From Candidatus Magasanikiibacteriota bacterium (lineage in GTDB: Bacteria > Patescibacteriota > Patescibacteriia > Magasanikbacterales > UBA922): a stretch of 64,000 nucleotides of DNA. Positions within the stretch are counted from its first letter, which is position 1. The number at the start of each line of letters is the position of its first letter. Shown piece by piece: positions 27,458-35,972 of this stretch. The translations under genes were made by a program, and so were the position numbers. The notes beneath the pieces were generated by a model. The model saw only the letters and a program-made list of their open reading frames with translations. It did not search any database and was not told where the DNA came from. The stretch is taken from contig JBDGRL010000012.1 of NCBI GenBank assembly GCA_042218065.1, positions 4,244 through 68,243 of the forward strand. The letters run 5' to 3'.

Positions 27458-27766
27458 ATGTTTGCAGTAATAGAAACAGGAGGGAAACAATACCAAGTCC
27501 AGGAAGGCGATAAAATAAAAGTAGAAAAATTAGAAGCAGATGAGGGTGAGGAAGTAGAGTTTGATCAAGTGTTGTTAATGTCTGATGAAGAAGGGGAAGA
27601 AACCGAGATCGGAACTCCTTATTTAGAAGAAACTGTGACTGCTGAAGTCACAGAACAAGATCGTCACGATAAAGTTGAGGTAGTAAAATTTAAACGAAAG
27701 AATAGATATAAGAAAACTTACGGACACAAGCAGCCTTACACTGAAGTTAAGATTAAGTCCTTGTAG
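27458..27766 (+). CDS. rplU: 50S ribosomal protein L21
   Basis: The internal ATG at 27458 gives MFAVIETGGKQYQVQEGDKIKVEKL, a canonical L21 N-terminus. The track start at 27326 lies upstream of the predicted promoter. No rpmA follows. Confidence 0.92.
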   Translation: MFAVIETGGKQYQVQEGDKIKVEKLEADEGEEVEFDQVLLMSDEEGEETEIGTPYLEETVTAEVTEQDRHDKVEVVKFKRKNRYKKTYGHKQPYTEVKIKSL

Positions 27767-27814
27767 TTAGAGTTGACTTTTAGGTAGTCTGATTTGCCTA
27801 CTTTCCAAAAAGTG

Positions 27815-28429
27815 TTAACCTTCCTTATTTTTTTTAATTCTATTTTTTAAAGCACTTCCTAAAGTTACCTCATCAGCATATTGTAAGCTGCTGCCCATAG
27901 GTAAGCCCCGAGCTAATCTGGAGATAGTAATATCGGGGTTTATTTTTTTTATCTTCTTTTCTATGTACATCATAGTAGTTTCACCGCTCATATCATGGTT
28001 TAAAGCTAAAATAACTTCTTCTACATCTTGGTTTTTAATTCTCTTTAACAATTCTTTTACTTTTAGGTACTTTATATTCTCCTCTTTGTCAGATTCAATT
28101 GTGCCTCGTAGAATGTGGTAGACACCCTGGAAATCTTCTACTTTTTCTATTGCTTGTTTTTGTTGAGGCTGGGCTACTACACAGATAGTAGATTTATCTC
28201 TATTGGAGTTTTTACAAACTTTACAAGGAGATTGATCAGAGAAGTCCCAGCAAACTTCGCAACTTTCTATTTCTTTTAGCAGCTCTTTTAAAGCTACTGC
28301 AAGTTCACCGGCTTCTTTTTTTCCTGATTTTAAGATATGAAAGATATACCTTTCGGCGGTTTTATTACCTACTCCAGGTAAATTCTTAAAAGACTCTTTT
28401 AATTTTTTGATTGGTTCAGGATAAGCCAT
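27815..28429 (-). CDS. recR: Recombination protein RecR
   Basis: 204 aa. It has a helix-hairpin-helix N-terminus (LPGVGNKTAER), a C4 zinc finger (CEVC...CKVC) and a Toprim region. Confidence 0.95.
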   Translation of the reverse strand: MAYPEPIKKLKESFKNLPGVGNKTAERYIFHILKSGKKEAGELAVALKELLKEIESCEVCWDFSDQSPCKVCKNSNRDKSTICVVAQPQQKQAIEKVEDFQGVYHILRGTIESDKEENIKYLKVKELLKRIKNQDVEEVILALNHDMSGETTMMYIEKKIKKINPDITISRLARGLPMGSSLQYADEVTLGSALKNRIKKNKEG

Positions 28430-28439
28430 ATTTGTGAAA

Positions 28440-28462
28440 ATCCCCGCATTTTTTGCGGGGAT
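28440..28462 (-). terminator. Strong hairpin between ybaB and recR
   Basis: A 9-bp stem ATCCCCGCA/TGCGGGGAT with a T5 loop. The minus strand continues TTTCAC, and the hairpin ends about 10 nt before the recR ATG. Confidence 0.4.
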
Positions 28463-28531
28463 AGTATTTATTCATGAATTTTTGAGATAATTTTTAGCTG
28501 TTAGTAAATATTTTGAGAAGAAAATTACTTT

Positions 28532-28840
28532 TTACATTCCAGGAATATCAGGCATCCCACCCATATCTTTCATTTGCTTGGCCATTTTTTTCTGCATTTT
28601 CTTGCTAGCCTTATCATGAGCCTTTTTAATGTATTTTTCTAGTGCACCCTTGTTACTTGGGTCTAGTAAATCTTCGTCTATATCTATATCTACAATATCC
28701 ATATTTCCATTCATCGTAATTTCCACGTTTCCACCTGTTAAGCCTCCTTTAGAAACAGTAATTTCTTCATCCTCTAGTTCACTTTGCATTTCTTTAGCCT
28801 TATCGCGAGCTTCTTTGAATTGTTTTAGTTTGTTGAACAT
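28532..28840 (-). CDS. ybaB: YbaB/EbfC family nucleoid-associated protein
   Basis: 102 aa. The pattern KEMQSELEDEEITVSKGGLTGGNVEITMNGNMDIVDIDID matches YbaB, and the gene sits directly upstream of recR. Confidence 0.9.
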   Translation of the reverse strand: MFNKLKQFKEARDKAKEMQSELEDEEITVSKGGLTGGNVEITMNGNMDIVDIDIDEDLLDPSNKGALEKYIKKAHDKASKKMQKKMAKQMKDMGGMPDIPGM

Positions 28841-28898
28841 AAAATTAAATTATTTATAAACCTCTATTTATTATATCTAATTCTAGCTTATTTTTCAA

Positions 28899-30335
28899 TT
28901 AAACAGGAATATCTTCCTCTTTTACCGGTTCTTGCTGTGATTCTTCAGGAATTTGCTCTTCGTCGTGTGTAGTATCTAAGGATTTGAAGCTAGCAATAGA
29001 CTCATCAAAGAATGTTTTTACCATGCCGGTCGGTCCATTTCTATGTTTTGCTATATGAACTTGAGCTAAGTTTCTTTCGTCCGGGGGAATATCTTCGATT
29101 CGGTAGTTTCTATCGGCAGCTTTTCTATAGATAAACATAACTACATCGGCATCTTGTTCAATGCTACCAGAATCTCTCAAGTGGGATAGCTTAGGGATAG
29201 CTGGTTTATTTTTTTCTACAGCTCGAGACAACTGGGACAAAGCTAATACAGGTACATCTACTTCACGAGCTAGAGCTTTTAGGTTTCTGCTCATCTGGGA
29301 GACTTCTTGAACTCTGTTTCTAGACCCTGATTTTTTATGTGGCTCCATTAATTGCAGGTAGTCTACGATAATCATACCTAGATTATGTTCTGCCTTTAGT
29401 CTTCTGGCTTTAGTTCTTATCTCCATTGCTGTACTTCCAGCAGTATCGTCGATATATATAGGGGCTTCAGATAGTATACCCATAGCATTTCCTATTTTAG
29501 AAAAATCATTACTTTCTGGTTTATCAGATAAATTCCCGGTTCTTAGCTTCCATAGATTTACCTCAGCTTGAGCGCATAATAGTCTATCTACTAGTTGTTC
29601 TTTGCTCATTTCTAGAGAAAACATTCCCACAGGTACATCAGCTTCTACAGCAGCATGTCGAGCAAAATCAAGCGCTAGCGAGGTTTTACCTACTGATGGT
29701 CTAGCGGCTAGGATGATTAAATCTGAACTTTGGAAGCCGGCTAAAATATTGTCGATCTTTTCAAATCCGGTAGGTATACCTCTAAGCTCACCTTTATTAT
29801 CATGTAAGTCGTCTATCCTTTCAAAAGCTTGGTCTAGGACAGACCTAATGTCTGTAAAGTCTTCTTGCAAGTGTCTTTTTCCAACTGAAAAAACTCTTTC
29901 TTGAGCTACATCTAATAATTCATCCAAATCTTGTGATTCTTCATCGTAACTAAGCTTAGAAATTTCGTGTGCAGCCTCAAGCAGCTCTCTAATGATAGAT
30001 TTCTTTTGAACTATATTAGCGTACTCTTCGATATGTGCTGCGGTAGGTACTGAGTTTGATAGTTCAGCCAAATAGCTTTTTCCTCCAATATTTTCAAGTT
30101 TATCCACCTCTTCTAATCTGTTACTAAGGGTGAGCACATCGATCTGCTCGTTGTTGGAATAGAGATCCATCATTGCTTCATAAATTTGCTGATGTTTAAG
30201 TTTGTAGAAATCATTAGCTTCCATTTCATCAGCAATTTTAAACACTGCATCCTCTTCGATAAGGATTGAGCCAAGTAAGCTTTTTTCAGCCTCTATATTG
30301 TGTGGAGGAACTTTTTCTAATTCTTCTTCTGGCAT
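28899..30335 (-). CDS. dnaB: Replicative DNA helicase DnaB
   Basis: 478 aa. It has PPHNIEAEKSLLGSIL, Walker A ARPSVGKTS, IIVDYLQLM and a RecA-like C-terminus. No intein is apparent. Confidence 0.97.
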   Translation of the reverse strand: MPEEELEKVPPHNIEAEKSLLGSILIEEDAVFKIADEMEANDFYKLKHQQIYEAMMDLYSNNEQIDVLTLSNRLEEVDKLENIGGKSYLAELSNSVPTAAHIEEYANIVQKKSIIRELLEAAHEISKLSYDEESQDLDELLDVAQERVFSVGKRHLQEDFTDIRSVLDQAFERIDDLHDNKGELRGIPTGFEKIDNILAGFQSSDLIILAARPSVGKTSLALDFARHAAVEADVPVGMFSLEMSKEQLVDRLLCAQAEVNLWKLRTGNLSDKPESNDFSKIGNAMGILSEAPIYIDDTAGSTAMEIRTKARRLKAEHNLGMIIVDYLQLMEPHKKSGSRNRVQEVSQMSRNLKALAREVDVPVLALSQLSRAVEKNKPAIPKLSHLRDSGSIEQDADVVMFIYRKAADRNYRIEDIPPDERNLAQVHIAKHRNGPTGMVKTFFDESIASFKSLDTTHDEEQIPEESQQEPVKEEDIPV

Positions 30336-30387
30336 GAAATTTATTTATAGTTCTATCTTATATTAATTTGCTATTTTAATCAACAAT

Positions 30388-30416
30388 TTGACATTCATTG
30401 TATTATTATATTTAAT
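30388..30416 (+). promoter_or_regulatory. Sigma70-like promoter
   Basis: TTGACA (30388-30393), a 17-nt spacer, then TTTAAT (30411-30416). The SD GGAGG at 30450-30454 precedes the ATG at 30460. Confidence 0.45.
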
Positions 30417-30459
30417 TAAATCAAGTAGAAGCCAGTCGACCTTTACAACGGAGGTAGTC

Positions 30460-31500
30460 ATGAAGATCTCAACAGAAGAAAAAGGAGAGTTTTTAGAAAT
30501 AAAGCATTACCGTCTAGTAAATAAGGGCTGGGAAGTATTTGTTGCTATTTACAATACTGTTTATAATCCAGTTCTAGATTTAGAAACTTCATTGGGTGGA
30601 GCTCGCATAAGAGATTATGAAAATTCTAAAGATGCTCTTAGGGATGTGAAGAGGTTAGCAAAAGGTATGGCATATAAGAATGCTATTCATAATTGTAACT
30701 TTGGGGGAGCTAAGGCAGTCATCAATGCTAATCCAGAGGATAAATCAGAGAGATTGTTCCTGGAATTTGGACAAATCGTAGAAGACTTGGGTGGTATGTA
30801 TATCACTGCTGAAGATATTGGAACCACTGTGGAGGATATGAAGGTTGTTAATCGTAAAACAGAACATGTCTGTGGGCTTGCAGGTGATCCATCGCCGGTT
30901 ACTGCTCAAGGAGTTATTTACGGATTGAAAGCTTGTTTGGATAATAAATATGAAGATGCTTCTTTGGAAGGATTAGAGACCTTGATTCAAGGTGTTGGTA
31001 AAGTTGGTTCTGTTTTAGCAGAAAAACTTGACGAGAAAGGAGCCATAGTTAAGATTTCCGATGTTGATAACAAAAAAATAGAACGAGTGCGTGAAGAGGT
31101 CCCTTCCGTGGAGGTTGTCGATCTTGATAAGGTGTTTGGAACGAAATTTGATATATTTATCCCCTGTGCTGTTGGGGGTGTAATTAATGACAGAACGATC
31201 GATAAACTTAACTGTGATATTGTTGCAGGTGCTGCCAATAATCCTCTGCAAGATCAAAAACGCCATGCTGAAGAATTAAGACAAAAAGATATTCTTTATG
31301 CTCCTGATTACGTTATCAATGGTGGGGGCTTGATAGCGGTTGTAAAGGAGCTTCAGAGCCAGAGTGGCATAGAAGCTGCTATGGAAGAAGTAAAAGAAAT
31401 CAGGCCCAGGCTGGAGCGTGTTTTTGAAATATCTGAAAGAAGAGGTATCCCTACACAAAAAGCTGCAGATAAGTTAGCAGAAAAGAAGGGGGGATTATAA
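30460..31500 (+). CDS. Glu/Leu/Phe/Val-family amino-acid dehydrogenase
   Basis: The internal ATG at 30460 (MKISTEEKGEF) follows the SD. It has the catalytic-lysine motif NFGGAKAVI and a Rossmann motif GVGKVG. Confidence 0.85.
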   Translation: MKISTEEKGEFLEIKHYRLVNKGWEVFVAIYNTVYNPVLDLETSLGGARIRDYENSKDALRDVKRLAKGMAYKNAIHNCNFGGAKAVINANPEDKSERLFLEFGQIVEDLGGMYITAEDIGTTVEDMKVVNRKTEHVCGLAGDPSPVTAQGVIYGLKACLDNKYEDASLEGLETLIQGVGKVGSVLAEKLDEKGAIVKISDVDNKKIERVREEVPSVEVVDLDKVFGTKFDIFIPCAVGGVINDRTIDKLNCDIVAGAANNPLQDQKRHAEELRQKDILYAPDYVINGGGLIAVVKELQSQSGIEAAMEEVKEIRPRLERVFEISERRGIPTQKAADKLAEKKGGL

Positions 31501-31515
31501 TAATTTTCATATTTA

Positions 31516-31551
31516 AGCCTGTTCGGCAAGGCCGGACAGGCTTTATTTATT
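31516..31551 (+). terminator. Rho-independent terminator
   Basis: A 12-bp stem AGCCTGTTCGGC/GCCGGACAGGCT (one G-U pair) with a 3-nt loop, followed by TTTATTTATT. Confidence 0.7.
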
Positions 31552-31588
31552 GCAAAATAATAAAGTATTTCTTATATTACACCTAATT

Positions 31589-33193
31589 ATGAAAATTTGC
31601 TTTATCCACAATTTATATAAGCCATTTTCTAGAGGTGGAGCAGAGGGATTTGTAGAGAATAAGGCTAAAACATTAAAATCTGAAGGCAAGGAGCCCGTTA
31701 TTATTACAACTAAGCCATGGAGCGGTTGGGGCTGTTGGGATCCGGAAATACAAAAAGAGGATGGGGTTAAAATTTATAGGTTCTGGGTACCAAATTTATG
31801 TTGGTATGGTGACTTAAATAAATATGGAGTTATTTTTAAACTGTTCTGGCATTTTTTTGATATCTTTAATATCTTTAGCGCCTTTATAATCAAGAAAATA
31901 ATAAGAAAAGAAGAGCCAAAAATAGTAAATACTCATAATTTGACCGGAATTGGTTTTTTGCTGCCACGAGTTATAAATCATTTGGATACTATTTTTGTTC
32001 ATACTTTACATGATGTTCAGTTAGTGGAGCCGAGTGGTATATTACACTGGGATCATAAACAAGATAATCTTTTTCAGAAAATATATTCTGGTTTGATGAA
32101 GAATTTATTCGGTTCTCCAGATAAGGTAAACTCTCCTTCTTATTTTCTTAAAGATTTCCATCGAGATAGGGGTTTTTTTAAAGATAGTGAGTGGCAAGTA
32201 AAAGAGTTTGCTCTAAAAAAGAGAAGGAACATAAAACCAAAAAATATAAGTTACTCTCGTATAATTAAATTTTTGTTTGCTGGATCTTTAGAACCACATA
32301 AAGGACTAGGTTCATTAATGAAATCTTGGGATGATTATATTTCGGCAGGGAAAGAGCTTCATATAGCGGGGGATGGTTCAATGAAAGAAAAAATCAGGGA
32401 GTGGTCCAATTATCGCCAAGGAGTAAAAATGTATGGTAGAGTTTCAAAGCAGAAGCTTGATAAGATTTATAATGAGTCTGATGTACTTATTTTTCCTTCA
32501 GTTTGTATAGAAAATAGCCCGGAAGTTATAAAAGAAGCTCTGAATCGTGATTTGTTTGTAGTAGCAGCAGCCACTGGTGGGGTTGTAGAATTTAAAGATT
32601 ACAATGTTTGGTTGTTTGAACCTGGAAATATAGATGAAATGAAGCAAAAGATAGCTGAGGTTAGTGTTAAGGTGCTAATCAAAAGAGGTTTGAGTACCGA
32701 GAAGGAGGATCAGGATATTTTTGAGATTAGATGGGCTAAATATTTCGTTGATTATATAAATGAGAAATTGAACCGAGATTATAGCGTGGAAAATAATAAG
32801 GACCAAAACTCTGATATAGATGTATTTGCGGTATCCAAAAACGAAGATTTTGATACTTTGAATTTGCAATTAACTCAAGTGCATCCTGAGTTTTTTTATG
32901 AAAAAGCTGGGGGTAGATTTGAATTTAAGGATAATTTAGAGAATGAGGAAGATAAAATAGAGATTATGAAAATAAAATATCTGCTTGAAGATGCTATTGA
33001 AAGGAAAAAGAAGGAGTATGCAAAGACTGAAGATATTATACTACTACTTCAGGGTTATTTTCAGGTTAATAAGGTTAAGAGAGCAATAGATTACATGAAT
33101 AAAAAATTTATACAAGATAATAATTTTTCAGGTATATATTATGTATTTCCGGGAATTAACCGAGGTGGTGTTGAGGAGATTAAGGCAATTTAG
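31589..33193 (+). CDS. GT-B fold glycosyltransferase (GT4-like) with a long C-terminal extension
   Basis: The ATG at 31589 gives MKICFIHNLYKPFSRGGAEGF. The region FAGSLEPHKGL...FPSVCIENSPEVIKEAL is an EX7E-type motif. The last roughly 170 aa are unassigned. Confidence 0.8.
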   Translation: MKICFIHNLYKPFSRGGAEGFVENKAKTLKSEGKEPVIITTKPWSGWGCWDPEIQKEDGVKIYRFWVPNLCWYGDLNKYGVIFKLFWHFFDIFNIFSAFIIKKIIRKEEPKIVNTHNLTGIGFLLPRVINHLDTIFVHTLHDVQLVEPSGILHWDHKQDNLFQKIYSGLMKNLFGSPDKVNSPSYFLKDFHRDRGFFKDSEWQVKEFALKKRRNIKPKNISYSRIIKFLFAGSLEPHKGLGSLMKSWDDYISAGKELHIAGDGSMKEKIREWSNYRQGVKMYGRVSKQKLDKIYNESDVLIFPSVCIENSPEVIKEALNRDLFVVAAATGGVVEFKDYNVWLFEPGNIDEMKQKIAEVSVKVLIKRGLSTEKEDQDIFEIRWAKYFVDYINEKLNRDYSVENNKDQNSDIDVFAVSKNEDFDTLNLQLTQVHPEFFYEKAGGRFEFKDNLENEEDKIEIMKIKYLLEDAIERKKKEYAKTEDIILLLQGYFQVNKVKRAIDYMNKKFIQDNNFSGIYYVFPGINRGGVEEIKAI

Positions 33194-33207
33194 TAAAAAA
33201 ACTCTTT

Positions 33208-35325
33208 TTATTTTTTATACTCAAAAACCCAAACTTTATTTTCAAAATTCCAGAACCTGTCTGCATACTTTTTTGCTTCATCTCTGATCTTGGCTGCCGG
33301 ATACCAGTAATCTGTATGAACAAAATATGCTTTATCTGTACCAGCAAAGTTCATAGCCTGTTTCATCCATTTTCTTTTCGGCTTTTTGTAAACCATTTTA
33401 CTAAAGAATTTTTTGTACAAAGCTCCTCCTGTTGGTATTGAGTAAAAATAGTGTTTAGATCCGTTTTTTAGTTTAATATACTTAGCAAACCCAAATTTCT
33501 TTAGAGCCGCTGCTCCTATCATTTGGTTGGTAATGACTATGTAATCTTTCTTGTTGTTAATTTTATCTATAAATTCTACTGCTTTTAGGTCTGCAGTTCT
33601 TACGTTATATCCTGTATATTTGGATACTGCGTCTCTGGTCGGGTAAGTAAAATATAGGGATAGAGCTAATATTGCAGCAGAAACTAGCGAAATAACTACT
33701 TTTTTTTGGTTCTTATTTATTCTTTTGCTTGCATAGTTTAGAATTTTCTCTATTGAGATGATTAATCCTGGGGTTAGAGTTAGTAGAGACAAATCCAGTA
33801 ACCTTTGAGCAAAAACTGTTTCTTCATAGGAGATTATCTTTGAGAAATTCATGCTAGTGGCTAACAAGAAACTAGAGCAGAACAACCCTACAGCAGTAGA
33901 TAAATAAAATTTAGATTTTTTGTCTTTTACAAAAATAAAGCCAGTTATTGCTAAAAAAACTAACAAATACTTCCAAAAATAAACCTTAATATAATATACA
34001 GCCTGCCAATACCACTCAGCTCCACCAAATAGGTACCAATGAGGTTTATCAAATATATTTAAAAAAGATTGATATTGGTAGAGTGGATTGGTTACCTGAC
34101 CGGAATTAGTGAATAAAATGTACAAGGCCATGATTAAGGGTAGACTTAAAATGATAGCAGAAATATATAGGAGCCAACTGATTCTATTTTTAAAAGAAGT
34201 GTATCTGAAAAATAAAGACCCAAAATAAAAAACAGAGGTGGGAATTCCTATAAAGGGGTGGACAGCTAAAGTTGTTAAAGTTAGGATTATACCAAACAAG
34301 TGGTATCCTATTTTTTCTTTACCCCACTCAAACCAGGTCCAAAACAATAGTATTACTGAAAATAATAATGCAAGATTGTTGGGTGTGGTAACTATGAATT
34401 GATTGAGAAGCAAGACTGGCAGTAGGGCTACACTTACAGTTGTAAGCTTCTTATTTTGTTTTTGCATGCAGAAAAATACAGTAAAAGGGATCAAAATAGT
34501 AGCCGCTACAGGCACCAAAGCTGAATCTACAAGGTGTATTGAAATATTAGTGGCAAAATGGGCAAATAATACTAGCATGTATTGTCCTATATAGAAGGGT
34601 CTTTTAGGGGTTATATAGCCATTTTCAGCTATCCATTTTTCTGTGGCTTGATGGATAAATGGATCAAAGCCGAATCCATGTTTATACAGGATTAAAGCAA
34701 TTAGGAAGAAAATTCCAAAATGAAATATAAGTAGTATATAACTCGATATCCTTTCTTTATAGATTTGTAGAAAATATAAAAGTAGGGAAGTGGTAAAAAA
34801 GAATAATATAAAGAACCTCCAGGTCAAAGGTATCCATGGGGATATTATGGTGTCTCCACTTCTATGAAGAAAGAGTAACACAAACAAACCTGCGTACCCT
34901 ACAGTAATCAGTAAAAAAAATAATAATTTTTTGTAGTTTAAATTTTTAATTGGATTTCGTAAGAATTTAGGTTTTTTTAATTTTATAGTAGTGTTAAGAT
35001 AAGCTATCAATGCAGTCAATACTATGATTGAAGCGGAAACTATTACTTTGTTTATTTGAAAAAACCAGTAAATACCTGATAGAATAATGGTTAAGATGCC
35101 ATATATAGCTACTACTCCAAAAATAGTCCTTGAGACTATATCTAAATCTGATAGTAAGTATTTTCCGGAAGTATACCCTATAGATAGTGAAAATAGAAAA
35201 AAGATTATCAGTCCAATAATTTCAGGAAAATTAAACCAAACGGAAAGTAGGATTCCTAGAGACAATATAACCGTGGTAATATTAAGTGTAGTAGTATTAA
35301 ATTTTGTAAGACTTTTTTTATTCAT
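33208..35325 (-). CDS. Large polytopic membrane protein (possible GT-C-type glycosyltransferase)
   Basis: 705 aa with more than 12 hydrophobic segments and a soluble C-terminal domain. The function is inferred from context only. Confidence 0.6.
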   Translation of the reverse strand: MNKKSLTKFNTTTLNITTVILSLGILLSVWFNFPEIIGLIIFFLFSLSIGYTSGKYLLSDLDIVSRTIFGVVAIYGILTIILSGIYWFFQINKVIVSASIIVLTALIAYLNTTIKLKKPKFLRNPIKNLNYKKLLFFLLITVGYAGLFVLLFLHRSGDTIISPWIPLTWRFFILFFFTTSLLLYFLQIYKERISSYILLIFHFGIFFLIALILYKHGFGFDPFIHQATEKWIAENGYITPKRPFYIGQYMLVLFAHFATNISIHLVDSALVPVAATILIPFTVFFCMQKQNKKLTTVSVALLPVLLLNQFIVTTPNNLALLFSVILLFWTWFEWGKEKIGYHLFGIILTLTTLAVHPFIGIPTSVFYFGSLFFRYTSFKNRISWLLYISAIILSLPLIMALYILFTNSGQVTNPLYQYQSFLNIFDKPHWYLFGGAEWYWQAVYYIKVYFWKYLLVFLAITGFIFVKDKKSKFYLSTAVGLFCSSFLLATSMNFSKIISYEETVFAQRLLDLSLLTLTPGLIISIEKILNYASKRINKNQKKVVISLVSAAILALSLYFTYPTRDAVSKYTGYNVRTADLKAVEFIDKINNKKDYIVITNQMIGAAALKKFGFAKYIKLKNGSKHYFYSIPTGGALYKKFFSKMVYKKPKRKWMKQAMNFAGTDKAYFVHTDYWYPAAKIRDEAKKYADRFWNFENKVWVFEYKK

Positions 35326-35345
35326 ATAGTCCTCATTTTAGCATA

Positions 35346-35972
35346 ATGCAAGAAATATCCAACCGCCTTTCTGAAGAAAAAACAGACCTGTTCGAGTTCT
35401 TACAATCTGACAAAGTTCATCCTCATGATAAGCTTTTAGATAAGACTTTCTTAAGGCTTATACCATCTTTCATAACACCTAATTTTCTAACAACTGTAAG
35501 GGTTTTCTTGACCCCTGTAGTATTTTTTTTGATCTCTAGTCAGTATTATAATGTAGGGATTATCTTATTTCTGCTAGCAGCTTTTACTGATGCTATGGAT
35601 GGATCATTAGCAAGAACAAGAGATCAAATCACTAAATTTGGAATGATGTTTGACCCTTTAGCTGATAAGCTTTTGATAGGTTCATTAGTTATTCTGATAG
35701 TTTTTGATATATATAACTTTTGGTTAGCTATGGCTGTTTTGGGTCTAGAGATCGTTTTTATAGTTGTAGCTACAGTAGGTAAAGTAAAGTTTAAAACGAC
35801 AAGAATGGCAAATATCTGGGGGAAAATTAAAATGATATTACAAGTGATAGCTGTATTTGTGACTTTAGCCGGACTTCTACTTCATGCTCCTGAGTTTTTT
35901 ACTTTTGGGGCATGGATTTTTGGTTTAGCCATAGGTTTTGCTATAGTTAGCCTATTTGCTCATGGAATATGA
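35346..35972 (+). CDS. CDP-alcohol phosphatidyltransferase family protein
   Basis: 208 aa. It carries the signature D-x2-DG-x2-AR...G-x3-D-x3-D, read as FTDAMDGSLARTRDQITKFGMMFDPLADKL. Confidence 0.9.
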   Translation: MQEISNRLSEEKTDLFEFLQSDKVHPHDKLLDKTFLRLIPSFITPNFLTTVRVFLTPVVFFLISSQYYNVGIILFLLAAFTDAMDGSLARTRDQITKFGMMFDPLADKLLIGSLVILIVFDIYNFWLAMAVLGLEIVFIVVATVGKVKFKTTRMANIWGKIKMILQVIAVFVTLAGLLLHAPEFFTFGAWIFGLAIGFAIVSLFAHGI

